Of a stretch of 64,000 bases of DNA, positions 36,760 through 50,585 are shown one piece after another. The notes below the pieces were generated by a model that was not told the origin of the DNA, did not search any database, and saw only the letters and a list, made by a program, of their open reading frames with translations. The position numbers and the translations under genes are program-made. The DNA lies in NCBI GenBank assembly GCA_036172245.1, contig JAYWIR010000021.1, positions 1,426,001 through 1,490,000 of the forward strand. The letters run 5' to 3'. Origin of the DNA: Raillietiella orientalis. Taxonomy: Eukaryota. Positions within the stretch are counted from its first letter, which is position 1, and each line of letters begins with the position of its first letter.

Positions 36760-37010
36760 CCGGAAGGATCCATCCCATCCCAGTCACCGCCGCGAAGGCC
36801 GAGTTTCCACATGATGAGACGAGACTTTGGTCCGTCGGTCCCCTCGACCTGCGTCAGCTTCGAGGCTTGCTGTGTGAAGCAGGGAAGCCGATCGAAGTTC
36901 GACTGCCGCCGGCTGTGTGCTCTCCAGATTACTGAAGGGTGGCCGCTGAACGCTCCCTGGAACGGCGTGCCCTGCGTGGACAGCTGTGCTTCTTGCTCCC
37001 AGCTCAAGGC
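36760..37010 (-). mobile_element. Degenerate Ty3/Gypsy RNase H remnant (copy 1)
   Basis: EQEAQL...FQGAFSGHPSVIWRAH...PKSRLIMWKLGL matches the layout EQExLA...FRPYLxGxPFxIxTDH...SRLxRWxLxL; DNA similarity to 38700-38935. Confidence 0.55.
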
Positions 37011-38699
37011 CCCTGCTTCCCCTTCTTTTTACTTCATGGACAGCAGTAGCACCAGAAGGAGCATGGGATTGCACTGCTGCCAGCTTCGAGAGTACTCTTT
37101 GACCCCAGAAGTTCTCAGGGCACCCCTCCGTGCTCGCTGCTCATCGCGGAGGATCTTGTTCCCCCGCTCGTCCTCTTGCTCTCCGGCGTGCCGGCGGAGC
37201 CACAACCGCCGCTGCCGCTGCTCCCGACCACCCACGAGACTCCTCCGGCTGGCAAAGAGGAATCCGTTGCTACGTGACCGCCCCTGCTCTCTTAGCAGAC
37301 GCAGGGTCGGGACGGCCCTGCTAGCTGCGAGGGAAGACGTGCACTGGTCACGTATCAGTGAGCATCAACTCCACGTGGCACCCAGGGCCCTGGAGGGATC
37401 TCGTAGGATCGCTTCGGCGTGAGTGCGCGCATCTGGTGGTCCCGGAGGCAGCGACTTCTTCCGGCGCCCCCGCTGTGGCCCCTTCGAGCACCTTCCATCT
37501 GCTCGTCTCCTCCGCGAGGCAGAACAGTGGTCTTTGTCCCTGCCCCCTCTTCGTTCTTCGACCCGGAGCTCAGCCAGGCTGGCCAGCCCTCTGGAGGAGT
37601 GAGGGGCCTCATCCAGTGCTCCTCCCTCCCTCTCCGGACCAGGACCACCGCCTCGAGGAGCGGCCACCGCGGCGGAAACCGCGGCGTGGAGATCCCCCGC
37701 TGTGCGCGCAGGTCCCCGCGATTAGGGGGAGGCCGCGCCCTTCCCCGGACGGCCCTTCCGAGACAAAGAAAGGCGCCGGAGCGGGACGGGACCGCCGCAT
37801 CTCTTCCCGGCGCGAGCAGCCGCAGCCTCCGCCGCATCCCAGAGACGCGTCGGACGTCACGTTCCCTCGGAGTCCGCCTTCCGCTTCCGCGGGGCCGGGG
37901 GTATAGTGAGATTAAGGGCAGACGCGGATGGCATCCCGGTCGGTCCCCCGGGAAACGAGAAAGGAGAAGAGCCTCGGGAAGGGGCACTGCCTCCCTTCCC
38001 CCGCCGCTTCCTTCAGGGGTCGCGGCCCGCGGGGGAAGAAGGGCGAGGGATGGAGGCCCGCTCGCCGTCCGCGAGCTCGAATGGGTGGACGATGCGAACC
38101 CGCTCGGAGGAGGTCAAGGTGGGGGAGGGGAGAGGAAGGGAGGGACTGAAAGAGATGGGGATGCCGCCAGAGGATTCTGAGGCCCTGAGGAGCCTCCGGA
38201 AGGGGCCAGGAAGCAGCGGCCTGCAGCGAGTCGTCCCTACTGCCTGCAGCTCGGATGCGGCGATCCGAAGAACTGCCATCGCCAGAGCATCGACCTCCCC
38301 TCCCTTCCCTCGTTGCAACAACCATGTCCTCCAATCAGCTCATAAAGTCTCCACGGACCCCCTTCTTCCAATCAGGGTTCACTAGAGGCTTCTGCCATTC
38401 CTCGGAAAGGGAGCACCGTGTCAGTGGTGCCAGAACACCGAGGGAGGAGTTCTTTTCGAGAAGCAGTGGTCATCGGTGATGGATCGGTAGGGTGGAAGGA
38501 GGGAAAGGCCGCCCCGGATGTTGCACGGTGAACCAAGCGGTCCGCGCAGCTGCCTCAGATGCGCCCCGTTTCCGCACTGCTCTCGGAAACGCTGCCGAGA
38601 CCTGGGCGGCGGGCCTGACGGATCGGAGGGGCCGGCGTGCTCAACCGGTCATCCTTCTGGGCCTTTGACCGGTCGCTTCTCTCCGGAGAGGAGCTCTCC

Positions 38700-38935
38700 A
38701 GGAAGGATCCACTCCTTCACGTTCGCGAAGGATGAGTTCCCGTGAGATGAGACGAGGTCTCTTCCAACTTGGGTCAGCTCCGAGCTCTTTCTGGCAAGGG
38801 AGGAAGCCGGAGGCTGAGAAGCCGATAGAAGTTCGACTGCTGCAGGCGGTGCGCGCTCCAGATGACCAAAGGGTGGCCGCCGAACGCTCCTCGGAACGAC
38901 GAGCTCTGCGTGGCGAGCTGCGCTTCTTGTTCCTC
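38700..38935 (-). mobile_element. Degenerate Ty3/Gypsy RNase H remnant (copy 2)
   Basis: Diverged direct copy of 36760-37010; EQEAQL...FRGAFGGHPLVIWSAH...PRLISRELIL. Confidence 0.55.
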
Positions 38936-39979
38936 TCCTCTTCTCCGAGGTTCTGCAACCCGAACAGCCTCGAAGCAGCTCCGGTGGGAGAAGGCAGGCT
39001 GCTCGACTGGGCTCCAGGTGAGAGGAGGAGGGCAAGAGTGCCCGCGGCGACACGGCCGCAGGGCTTCCACCGCACGCACCCTCCGGCGGTTTTCTAGGGA
39101 TCATCGAGCCCACGTGACCGTCCATGGACCAGAATAGGTAGTGGGTTCTCCGCGATGACCTCTGGCCCGACGCTCCGGCACGCACATCCCGCACAGTCGG
39201 ATTCCAGGGGTAGCAGAGGGGGGAGGTCGCCCTCCTCCCGACCCGAGTCAAGCACTGAGAGACGCTGAAAACTACGCCCACGGCCAGTATGGAGCGTCTC
39301 GAACGACCGCCGCGGTCATTTCCGTCCCGAAAGCGGCATCGAGGGACTCCGGGCTGTCTCTGCGCCCACCGGGGTCGATAAGCGGGAGGGACTGCCGCGG
39401 TCCAGGACGGGAGACACCAGAACTCCCGTCGGAAGGAAGGCGCTCAACGATGGGAAGAGCGGACACACAGGAAAAACCGACGGCGTAGGTGGGGGGGCGG
39501 AAGAGTAATGCCGGTGAAGGAGGCCCTTCGGAGGAGGACAACACAGGAGATTTTCATGCCATTGCGCGGAAGGTCATCCGCCTCGGTGGGCAGAAGGAAA
39601 AACAGGAGGAGAGCATCGGACCCCCTCACTCCGTTCTTCGCCGGGGGACCGAGATCTGTGCTACCCGCTTCTCTCACTTGCGTTGCTTCTGCAGGACCAT
39701 GAACGGACATCCTGCCATCCCGTGAACCGGGAACATTCGGTGGCGAGAATCTCTGGGGACGCGGAGGAGCCTCCTCTGCATCCCTAATTCTTTGACAGCA
39801 GCGCCTCCGGGGAATTCTCTCCGAGCGAGACCGTGGACGATTCTCGCCCGCTTGCCGAGACCCGGGGCGAGAACAGTCCAGGACGCTATACGTCCCCTAC
39901 AGCATCGATAGGAGGAAGAGATGGACACCCTTGCAGCGTGGGAGGCTGATGATCTGCCGGCCAGCGGGGAATGCCCAGA

Positions 39980-40380
39980 TCTTCGCGCGATGAAAAACGT
40001 CGCAGCTGGAGAACGAGGCCATGCCCAAAGACCTCGCTTGGGATCCGCAAAGATAGCACGAGCATCTCGGGAGGCATCCTAAGAACTTCACGGTCCCGGG
40101 CTCGGCGTCTCCGCCTTTCCTCTTCGCCGCCAGCCACCTGAAATAGATGACTGAGGACCGTCTTCTCGGAACGGTTGACCTGACAGGAAACAAAAGACAA
40201 CGACGACGCCGTCTGCTGCGAAAAGAGCACCCGAGTCCTCTGGGGGATGAAGGCAATTCTGCCGCGCACAACGCTGGAAGGCTCCAGAGGCTGCAGCAGG
40301 AGTGGAAGACCATGGCCGCGGGGTTCCTCGATGCCGCTTGGAGCAGCAACGCCCATGTGTCCTTGCTTTCTGGTTGCCTG
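39980..40380 (-). mobile_element. Possible integrase Zn-finger remnant
   Basis: QGHMGVA ... FVSCQVNR resembles the HHCC region GHxGV...FVxSCxxCQxNK; spacing is imperfect. Confidence 0.3.
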
Positions 40381-41089
40381 GCGATTGCCCGCCACTGGCG
40401 AGACTCCACGTGCGGGATAGGCCGCTCGCGATCGCATGGCACCCGTGCGCACTATCTCGGATGTGGGGTATGAGGGGAGCTTCGGACCATCGAGGACGGA
40501 CAAACCCGAAACTGGTGAACGCAGCCCCCCCTTTCTTCCGTCCCTTCCCTGTCCGACGCAGGACCTCGGGAATCGTGCTGAGTACCACATGGCCGATCCA
40601 TTCCATTCTCTATTTATTTATTTATGTGTTGCCCCTCCCTCCTCTTCCTCTACTCCTCTGCGGACCTGTCCCCAGTGGGAGCAGTGCCTTCCGTTTCGGG
40701 CTGGCGCATGCCGATCCCGATCAAACCGTCTGGATTTTGTGTTTGCTTTGAAGAAATGGGGCCACTGGACTGCGGGGGGTCGGTGCACCTCGTCCGGCTT
40801 TCGAAACCCGAGCCTCGGGGGAGATGAGGCGCGCCCGGAGGAGGCAGTCCGTGATGAGGAAGTCCTCCCGGTCGACCTGACAGGTCAGCCCGGATGCCTT
40901 CCGTCGCGAGCAGCCTCCACCCTTTGGAGGCCACGGGAAGGTCGTTCGCTCCCATCTGCGTCCCACCCGTTCCCCATCCCTACTCGGATGGCTGACCGGC
41001 CAGTGCGGGCGTGTATGCGTGGAGCAGCAGGAGCCGCTGTCAGCAGCGGCGCGCGGGTTCGCACGCGATCGGGGCGCGATCTCCGAAGG

Positions 41090-41230
41090 ATAGAAAAGAA
41101 CGAGGCCAGGCTGACCTTCGACCGAGGATCTCAGCATTTCCCCAGGTAGCCCGCCGGTCGAATCCCGTGTACACATGGGAACCTATGTACGCGATCCTCG
41201 TGAACCCTTTGGTGTACACGCGCTGATCCG
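41090..41230 (-). mobile_element. Possible non-LTR (RTE/L2-like) RT C-terminal fragment
   Basis: IAYIGS...GNAEILGR...RSF resembles FxYLGS...EIxxRIxxAxxxF; a (TAAA)n tract lies downstream at ~40611-40625. Confidence 0.25.
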
Positions 41231-44200
41231 CACGGGAAGTTTTGTGGGAGTCGGGAATGCGCGCGCCCACGGTGACTCTTCACCTCCGTGACAACGCATG
41301 CACCTTTCTCTCAAGTGAGTCGGACGTCGCCCATGGAGACGCTGCTGTCAAGAGCTGACCTTGGAAGTCGACTGTTGATATTCGACTTCTAACGTCTCAC
41401 CCGCAGCAGATGAGCCGACTCGGAAGCAGAGGCGTGGAGCCTCCGCAGGATTGGGCTACTCGTTTCCACGGAAACAGCCGCCGCCTCCGGATTGAATCCT
41501 GCATCACTCGTCCATCTCTAGATGAGAACGTTCTACCTGGACTGGCCAAGGGACTCATCGTGGCGCCTCCCCCTAGCGTTTCCTGGTTTCTCGTCGATCA
41601 AAGGGGGAGGGGATGCCCGTCTGCCAGCTGCCGTAAATCCTGGAGATAAACGTGACCCAGGTCCCTCTCTTGGCAACCAAAAAACCTCCCTGAGATTCTT
41701 CCTGGGGATGTGATCCAATTCCGGATCAGCTTCCGCGAGAACTCCTCCATCCGCGTCTGCGAGCTCCCACCCCCTAATCCCCCCGGCACTGGCGCGGGTT
41801 GGACCGATGTCCGACCTGTCCTCCGCGCCACCGAAAGAGTTCTGCCGACTGGGACTCTTTTAGAAGAATCATCCTGTCTGAAAGCAGCTTCATTTGCGGC
41901 CCCGGAAAGCCACCGCCTCCGGCCGTGTGCCCCCTCCCCTGGGCATCGGATCGCTTCTTCCCCTACTTCGCGCATCCCGGGCGAGAGATATCAAGAGCTC
42001 TGCTGCCTCCACCACCACCATCCCTTTCCCTTGCTGCTGAGGACCCTGGGATTTGCGAACGAAATCTTCCGGGAGCGAATCCGGCTTCTGCTGCTGCTTT
42101 TCCCACAGGGAAGTACCGAGGCATCCACTCATTCCACGCACCCATTCACCTTACTGCCGTTGGGATCTACCAGGAGCGCTGGGTTCTTCGCCTTTGGGTC
42201 AGTCCCTGCTTCCCCGTTCTTGTCGAATCCAGCACACGAGCGGTTCCCACGTCTTCCTGCTGACAGTCTCCCAACGATGTTGACGAACCAAACGCCAGCA
42301 GCTGCTTCGGAACGGGTGTCCCCACTCAGGATGAAGACGGACCATTTCTCTGATTCCATCCTCCGCCGGGGATGCATCCGGCGGTCATTTCCACTGGGCG
42401 CTCACACCTTGGAATGACGCCATCTTGGCCGCTTCTTCCCGGAAGTTGAGGCATCCCTTCCGTGGCTCCTCGATGAGGAGCCCAGCCTTACTTGCTTCGT
42501 CGCTTGGCCCTTCCTTCTGACGAACCATCAATTCTTGTAATCTTTCTGCAGGTGATTCTGTTACTCGAACGTCTCCAAACCAGTCTTCCGAGAGCAATCC
42601 GGTGTCTTCTCCAAAAAACCCAACACCTTCCGCAAGCCAAGGTCTTCCCAAAGTTCTCGGATGCTCTCGTACCTTCCCAAGCACAAAAGGTTGATGGGTC
42701 GTGATGTAGAGAGAAGGCGCGTGTGTATTGGAATGTAGCCATGGTTCGTTCAGATGGCTCGATAATTCTGAACCTCCAGCGACTACATTTGCTCCCTGAC
42801 CTCTCCTGCAGCCTTCGCAGTTAAGATCGTCACAATCTTCTGGACCCACGGACTGCAGGAGGTCATCGCGTCTCGCCTGGATTTCATAATCCAATTGCGG
42901 GAGATCGGATGCCCGGAAGTAGCCGACAGAGTCCCTTTGGAGGACTTCAAAGGAAAGGTGACTGATCTCTTCTGGCAGAATAGCTTCCAGAAGAGACCGA
43001 GGAGCGCGTTTCCTCGCTTCCCATTCAGCCATCATGGGATTGTCGCGGTGACCTGCCATCACTCAGCTTCTAAAAGTCGTTGGTTCACATAGGGCATGGG
43101 CTAGTGGACGACTTTGTTTGCTTGTAGGAAAAGAGGAAGGAAGAGGGAAGCAGAAGGAAGACGGGAGAAAGAGGAGGAAGGGAGGGAGCTGCCAGACTGT
43201 GCTTTCTGCAGTGGGAGAACGTCCAGAACGGAGACGCTCCACATGCAGACGCCGATGGCGAGCTCTCGGAAGGGCGAGGCTGTAGGGTAAAGAGAGAGGC
43301 GGCGTGCTTTGCCCGGAAAAGATGCCAGCACCGCACCGCTGAGCCGGGTCCAGCCGCGCGCTGGTCACGTGGTCTCAGCCGATCGGCGGCTGGATCGCTT
43401 CGGCGGTGTGCGCAGGGCGGCAACGCCGGCAAAGGAGGTAAGAGGAGGAGGACTGCGAGGGCAGACGCTCGCAAGCAGGGAGCATCGGATGCGTTCGCAG
43501 AGGGGGACTCGCTTCCACTTCCCAGAGAGGATGCTCTCTGGCCTCCCTCCGCTCGGCTTCATGCCCGGTTCTATATTCTTCACGATACGATGGTGCTCAG
43601 AAAGAGCAGCTTGATATCCCCTGAAGGTGCAGAGATCACTCCCACAAACCATTTTCGATGATGGTGGTAGCTGAACGTGCTCAACAGTCAATCTACGGCC
43701 AGGCTGGAGCGATTGGACCCGGTCGTCAGTCGAAGACGAAACTGGTGGTGAAGACAAACTTCAGCGCCCCAAGGGTATCTCGCAGCAGTCTTGGTCGAAA
43801 GTAGCGTCGAGAGGCGCAACACAGCGAGATGGACGCAACCGGTGGTGACCTATTCTTCGTACACCTTTCCTCCACCAAAGAAACCCCTCTGCTGATTGCA
43901 GAGATGAGCGCGGAAGATGCCCGCATCGCTTCACGTCTTTCGCAGCCCTCGAAGAAGGGACCTTTCTCCCGAGAGGAAGGATTTCTGGAGGATTCCAACG
44001 AAAGGAGACGAGCCGAAGATGGCTCTGGACAGTTGCAGCATGGGTATGGAACAGGGACCACCGCAGCTTCCGGCCTCTTCTTTTCGGGAGAAGCCCGGAA
44101 GCAAAAGGTACAGAGTCTCCTGGTGGTTTCACTGCGGGAAGAAGCGAAAGCCGTCAGTGAAGAGCCCGCACGCCATGCTTCCTGACAGGAGAGCCACCTT

Positions 44201-47200
44201 CATGGTACGCATGCCGAACCCAGCTGAGCACTGTTGCGGCGCCACCCACCTACCCGCTAAGGAACTCACGTGAGCCGTTTCCCTCTGGAAGAAGTAAGGA
44301 AGAGGAAGACTGGCAGGCAGGATCCACACTTCCCTTTCCTTTGCGGATAATCGACGTTCCTCTGAGCCTTCCGTCTCCATCCCGAGGAGTCTGGGATTCC
44401 GGGCGCAGTCCAGCAGCGAGAATGTACCCGCTGCGTTGGCGGACGAAGGTGGGCGCGCTCCCTTTCGCGTGCGCGTCCTCTCCTCCCCGTCTCCCCGCTG
44501 TCGCGGCCCGTTCGCTGGAAGAGTTTCTTCCTCTTGCTCCTCTTCCCTGGGGCCGGAATCGGATTCACCACGCTCCAGATGGACGCGATGCGCCCATACC
44601 TGATCCCTCAGAGACTCCGCAGCGCGTTGACCTTGGCAGCAGCGCGCTAACGAAGGGAGCTCTGCGGGGATGCCTTCACGCGTGCCTCCTCTCTGCCGGG
44701 AGGCTCGATCTCCTCGGAAACGCGGAACGGACGGAGACGGGCTCTCCTGTGGACTGGAGTAGCCGCGCCCACCATCCTCTCGCCGTGCCCCCACCGCATG
44801 CCCGAGGTGGCAGCAGCCCGTTTCTTCTTACCCTTGCAGGAGCGTGAACGGATTCCAGCGTCTGGTGATCTGTAGAGTGGCTACTCTCAGGAAATCACCG
44901 CCCCTGCCGTTTCCCGTGGTGACGGCAGGGACACATAGCCACTCGCTTCCGAGAGTCCACTGCTGCTTACCGGTTGGCCGATCGGGAAACTCCCCTCCCG
45001 CCGGTTGAAAGGACGCCCACCCAGAGACGCGCTTTCGCTTGGAGAGGGCGTTAGGGGACATCGCCTTCTGGCTGTCTCGCGCCCGGTAGGGAGCGCAACT
45101 CCGCGTCTCCGCCGCTGCCAGAAGTGGCGTCCACTGCCACTCCGACGGTCCTCCCGCGGATAGACTGCCTCGAGGAAGGGGGCAGGTGCTCCTGTTGGCT
45201 CCTCTGGACCAACTGCACCATTCCCCTTGACGCTCTGCGGCGCTCTCCGATGTCTACGCACCGACCGCCATCCGAGACGCTCCACTGCCCGGAGGGCAGC
45301 CAAAATGGAGGTGAGGTGGTTCATCTTCGATGAATGATTCGTCTATTTGCCAAGAGAACGGACCCGACACCATCGAGGTTGCCAAACTGCTCCCCGGGAG
45401 TGGTCAGGTCTCCCGATGCCTCAGTGAGAGCCTGGACCGCCGCCAGCGGCATGTTCCTCCCAGAGCAAGCAGGGAGACCGCTTGACCCCGCGTCCTTCCC
45501 ACCTGAGCTGCTCCTTGGACTGAAGGTCTCCCGACAGCCCGGGAAGGAAGCGGGAAAGAGGGAAAAGAGAGAATGGAGTAGGGGGGGGGGCGCTGAGGAG
45601 GCGAAGGAGGGGGTTCTACTCCGCAGCGAACCCACATGGATTATTTTCCCGTCTATTCGGCCAAGGGACCCGGAGATGCTGCAGGCGGAGGCCGGTTAGC
45701 AGGCGACTTGGCAGAAGTAAGGTGGCAGCGGCAGCTGACCCCCGAGGATGGATGTTGCGGAGGACGATGAAGCTAGGGGAAGACGAGGGACGGGGACATC
45801 GCGAAGGGGTGAGGAGAATTGAGGCGGCACCAGAAAATTCATCCTTGTTGTCAGAAGGGAGGCGCTCCATCCCCGAGTGCGTCACACCGCAGAAAACCGG
45901 AGACCCCATAGGCCGCACGCCGCGGTGTCAAGCAGTGGGGGGAGCGTCCAGCAGCAGCACAAGGCCAGCCCCTTTCCTTCCGTCTCCGCCAGAAGTCTGC
46001 GGCACCTTCCGCCGGACAACCGGCAGACCCCAGAAGGGACGCTCATCTGCCGCTCCCGAGGCGGCAGTGAGTTCTGCGGTTGCTCCTGCTGCTGTCTCCG
46101 CAGATGCCCGGGGGACAAGCGAAGAGCTCCAGAGGCCCTCGAGCAGGCTCCGGAGCGGCTACAAACGTTCCTCCCGACTCCCAAAGGTTTCTGCATCCCG
46201 GGGCCGGAGTGCCACCAAATTCTCTCCCACTCTCTCGGGGACTGCGAAACAGGAGGCACCGATGACGTTGGAGGCCGAGTCCGCCCGGGATTGTGAGAGA
46301 GAGGTGGGAGGGGGGGACGCCTTCTCGCGGCCTCATGCGAAGGCGCCGCTGCAGCGACCCTGCGCGTGCCAGGAGAAAAGGATTCCGCTCTTCGACAGCA
46401 AAGTTTAATGCTCTTTGCCAGGAGTACAAAAATACAGCATCTTCGTGGGCGCATCTCCGAGCGGGTGGGAGGACCCGCGACTCGTCCTTGGTAAGGAAGG
46501 GGTGGGGAGGAGGGGACGTGTCCCACTTTCCCGCAGCGTACCAGCACACCTTGGTCCGTCGCTGCGCGTCGCCCAGGGACAGCCGCGACGTTCCCGAAGC
46601 ACACGGGGGAACGCGGTTCCTCCCCGTCCCACAGGAGCGCCCCTGCAGCAGGCGACCGTTGCAGCGAGATCACGGGATGAAGTTTCCGAGAGTCTTTGGC
46701 ACGCCGTCCATCTTGTCCTGCAACCAAAAGCAGGGGTCAGCACCTCCCAGCGGCCGTCTTCCCACCGGCTAGGCAGCGCCAATTGTCACTCCACGGGCCC
46801 ACGTGGAGGCGTGGGCACCCGCCCAACCACCCTCCCTGCCGCCGACGCACACGTCCTCGCGGGTCAGTGCTATCACCCCCTCCCGAAGGGAAACCCGTGG
46901 GTCGAAGCGGCGATCCAGAGAACGCGGCAGCAAGGAGACGGCAACGGGTAGGCGAGGGAGGCTGCACAGCGCGCGCGTTCTGAAAAGGAGGAGGGGGTCA
47001 GATCACGCGGAGTCCGACGAACGGACAGCTCATTGGAAAGAGGGGGGGGGGACCGAGGAATGAAGCAGTCCGTGACGCACGAGGCATCCTGAGAGAACGC
47101 ACGACCGAGGAGCAAGACTTGCGCTTCCCTCCATCTCTCGAGGAGATGAGGAAGACCTCTTCTGCGGAGCACGCTGCTGCCGAAAGGAGCAGCTCCTCCT

Positions 47201-47255
47201 CCATTCCCCTCCCCCCTACATCCCACGCACACTGGCCACTATTCGTCCTCACCTC

Positions 47256-48188
47256 CTAGCAGTGTCCGTTCCACGCCCCTTCCATGCGCCACACGCTGAA
47301 GGCGTAGCTGAGCCTCTCATGGGCGACGTAGCTGCAGGTGCTGCCCACGCGTCCTGCGTGCTCTTGGTCGTCAGTCCGGAGGACCTCGTACAGAAAGTCG
47401 ATGTAGCGGGCGGCCAGCTTCAGCGTCTGTATCTTGGACAGCTTGTCCGACGGCAGCGTGGGGATCATCTTGCGCAGGGCGGCGAAGGCTTCGTTGAGGT
47501 TCTGCGTCCTCTGGCGCTCCCTGACGTTGGCTAGCACGCGCTGGTTCTGCAGCTCCTCGAAGCTCTGCGGACCTCGGCGCCGCATCTTGTTCTGCCTGGC
47601 CTTCTCGTCATCCTCCGGGCTGGAGGCGTCCAGGTGGACCTTCCGCTTCTTCGCCTCGCAGTCCTGCAGCGGACCACCACCACAGTCACCGTCCGACAGG
47701 CTGCCCCCGTCGAACAGACTCGCTCCGGACGCGTCCATCTGCGGGCAGTAGAGGCGCGACCCGGTCATTCCGGGGTAGCCGGGGTAACCGCCGCCGCCGT
47801 CGGGCACGGCGGCGAGGTAGCTCTTGGGACCGCCGCACGGCGGGTCCTCCGCCTGCCTGCTGCCCCCTCCGGTCCCGTAGTACAGAGCGTCCTGATACGC
47901 GCTCTTCGAAAAGAATAGGCTGCCGGCGTCCGGAGCGAGGGTGCCGCCCTGCTGCTGCTGCTGCTGCCTGAGGTGGTCCTTGCCGACAGCCAGGTCGAAG
48001 TCTTCCAGGCCAACACAGTCCTTCGCCATTCTTTGATCGCAAAGGTACCCGCGCGATTCGGACTTGACCTCGCCCATGACTCCAACAGAGGAAGAGGAGG
48101 AGGAGGAGGAGGAGGAAGGGGAAGGGGAGGGATCGTCCACGGGCGGCAGGGGGAACACAGAGGTACCGCCAGCGAGCGATGCCGTCAT
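47256..48188 (-). CDS. twist: Twist bHLH transcription factor, uninterrupted coding region (alternative start at 48077, MGEVKSE)
   Basis: [64 protein letters not shown] is the Twist bHLH. The C-terminal WR motif [16 protein letters not shown] and an NLS-like KKRK are present, with poly-S and poly-Q tracts. Confidence 0.97.
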   Translation of the reverse strand: MTASLAGGTSVFPLPPVDDPSPSPSSSSSSSSSSVGVMGEVKSESRGYLCDQRMAKDCVGLEDFDLAVGKDHLRQQQQQQGGTLAPDAGSLFFSKSAYQDALYYGTGGGSRQAEDPPCGGPKSYLAAVPDGGGGYPGYPGMTGSRLYCPQMDASGASLFDGGSLSDGDCGGGPLQDCEAKKRKVHLDASSPEDDEKARQNKMRRRGPQSFEELQNQRVLANVRERQRTQNLNEAFAALRKMIPTLPSDKLSKIQTLKLAARYIDFLYEVLRTDDQEHAGRVGSTCSYVAHERLSYAFSVWRMEGAWNGHC

Positions 48189-48392
48189 GCGCGTCTCGTC
48201 TTCAAGTGAAGAAAGTCGGTGGAGGAGGGAGGTCAGAGGTCACGCCAATGGACGAGGGAGGAGGAGCGAGGCGGACTCGGGCGCAAGAGTTCCGGAAGAC
48301 CGGGGGAGGGATTCAGAGCAGAGGCCACTCTGGTCCGGAGAGATGGGCAGCGTTGGGTATCACGGTGATGGGCTGGTTGCCACGATACGTAT

Positions 48393-48410
48393 CTGGAAGC
48401 AGAAATAAAA
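48393..48410 (-). promoter_or_regulatory. Splice acceptor upstream of the Twist ORF (5' UTR intron or trans-splice site)
   Basis: TTTTATTTCTGCTTCCAG, a T-rich acceptor-like stretch ~200 nt 5' of the ATG in otherwise GC-rich DNA. Confidence 0.5.
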
Positions 48411-50585
48411 GACTTATCATCACCAACCGCTCCGGGAAGTCTCCCACGGTTCGATCCCTGCAGGTCTGACCGCGTACTCGCAGCGGGACCACACCAGCCC
48501 CCCACCCAGGACGATCTCAGCTTGTCCCCCTACCGACTCCCACCCACACACGTCCCCCATCCTTGCCAGACCTTTCGCGTCCCCGGGTGAAGGACGCGTT
48601 CACTCCCGGAGCACAGTTTCTGGACTGGCGGAACACACGAACGCTCGCGCGCACGTGGCTGATCATGAGGGACGCTCTCTGCACGGGAGAGAGCACTACC
48701 CTATCGCCGCAGGCTCCCCGGGCCGCGTTCTCGCGGCCGGCGAGAGCGCTACGGGCGGAGTGTCGGCCTCCCGCCCTCTCCTCCCCGCTGCAGCCGCAGC
48801 CATCAAAACTGCCTCCGTTGGTCGAATGCTCGTGCCCGCAGCGCTTGGCGGAAGCAGTAGCGCACGGCTTCGTCTGCTGTCTGCGCCGTGAGGAGGAGGA
48901 GGGATGGGGCGCGTCCCAACACGCGTGCACGGATGCGCGCAAGCGCGCTGTCTCTCTGCGGAGGTTCCTCTCTCCCTGTGCCCGACGAGCAGGACAGGAG
49001 CGGCGGCTCTGGGGCAGAGGACATCTGCGGCAGAGGGCCCGCAGAACCCCCGTGCTCCCGCCTCGGCTCCTGTGCATCACCGCCAACGCGCGGCGGCGAG
49101 CCGGCCGAGAAGGCCTCCCGTTCCAAAAACAAACACCCAGAGCCCTCTCCCGAGCCTCTTCAACCAAGACAAACAAACACGGAAAAAGAAAACAAACGTC
49201 TTCCTGCGGGAACGCTTTCCGAACCAACTCTTCGCCCTTCTTTCCCACCCACCCCTTCTCTCCTGTCTTTCGGGAGCGCGCCGCAGTCTCCCGGGAGGCG
49301 CCGCGCGGAGACCATCGGCTCCCCCGACTGGACCCCCCGTCGGCGCGAGCTACTGCTCCTCCTCCAATTCTGCGTGGACTTCGGTTTCGCACTGGCTTGA
49401 GAAGGCGAAGAGCGGCCAGCGGGAATCCGGACCGGAGAAGCAGGCGAGGACCCCCCATACACACTCCCCTTGTTTAGACAGGTGGCGCAAGCTTCGTTGA
49501 AGAGAGAGGAAGACGCGCATTCCGCCTGCAGGAGCGGAACGACAGTCCAGTAGTGACCTCAGTGAGGCGATGCGGAGCTCCGGCGACCTCGAGGAAGGGC
49601 GCGTGCGCAATGCAACCGTTTTCGAGGAAGTATCTCTTCTGGACCTGTGGCGCCACCTCCGCTCCTTCGTGCCCGCACGTGGCTGCGGCGCCACCGATAA
49701 ATCGGGGGAACAAGCGAGGGAAAGGGCGCGCGGAAAGGGCGGTCGATTGGCTGCTGGTGACCCTGGAAGGAAAAGGCAGGTCACCAACGCGCGCGATAAC
49801 GAGACAAGAAAGCAGCCACGTGCCCTCTGCTCGGCACGGCACGGGCGTCGTCATGGGGACGGAAGGTTCTTTCGTGAAGTGTGCCCGCCGGCCGACTTCC
49901 CAGCGCAGCCGCCTTGAGAAGTTCCGGTGCATCTCTTATCCCCGTCTGTTGGAGATGTGTCCCGTTTGTTGCTCTTTCCACTTTTCTTCTTTCTTCGATG
50001 CGCTCTCTGAGGAAGGCGACGATGGTTCGGCGGACGGGTGCGACAGCCGCTGCAGAACGATCCGCGCTGCCGCCGCCCCACACCCTCAAGGGGGAGCGGG
50101 TGCGGTCCGCTCGGAAGGGACCAACTGATCGGCATGGAACTCACTCGCCCCTTCGGGAGCCCTCGTCACCAACAATGAGCAGTCGTGGCAACAGTCGACA
50201 TGGCGACGGTTCGAACAACAATGGTTGAACTTCACGAAGGAGATGCGGAGAGCGTCGACGGAGATGCGCATCCCTGCATGCGGAGCAGACCTCGCTCGGC
50301 GCGGGGGAAGGGGGAGAGAAGGGGTGGAAACCAGGGGGAGGGGACGAACAATCAATCGGTCGGCTGCTCTCAAGACGCCTGCGCAGCAAGCGATCTCGGT
50401 TTTGCCTGACTGAGGGTGGATCCCCCCAACCTCTCACCCGGGCACAGCGCACGCCAGCAGGTGCGGGAGCTTCCCGTCCGAGGTCACCCATCACACGCCC
50501 ACGTGACACCGCCACGACCGCCAACGAGACACTGCCACATCACCACGATGATACAGCGCGACCACCGCCGCTGCAGCCTCCTCCT

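Noticed and set aside
41462..41475. RFX X-box-like palindrome GTTTCCACGGAAAC
   Set aside because: Lies in apparent TE debris far from any gene start.
42385..43062. 225-aa minus-strand ORF of ordinary composition
   Set aside because: No recognisable domain or splice context; probably a chance frame in a decayed TE.
48430..48470. tRNA-like GGTTCGATCCC B-box
   Set aside because: No A-box or cloverleaf.
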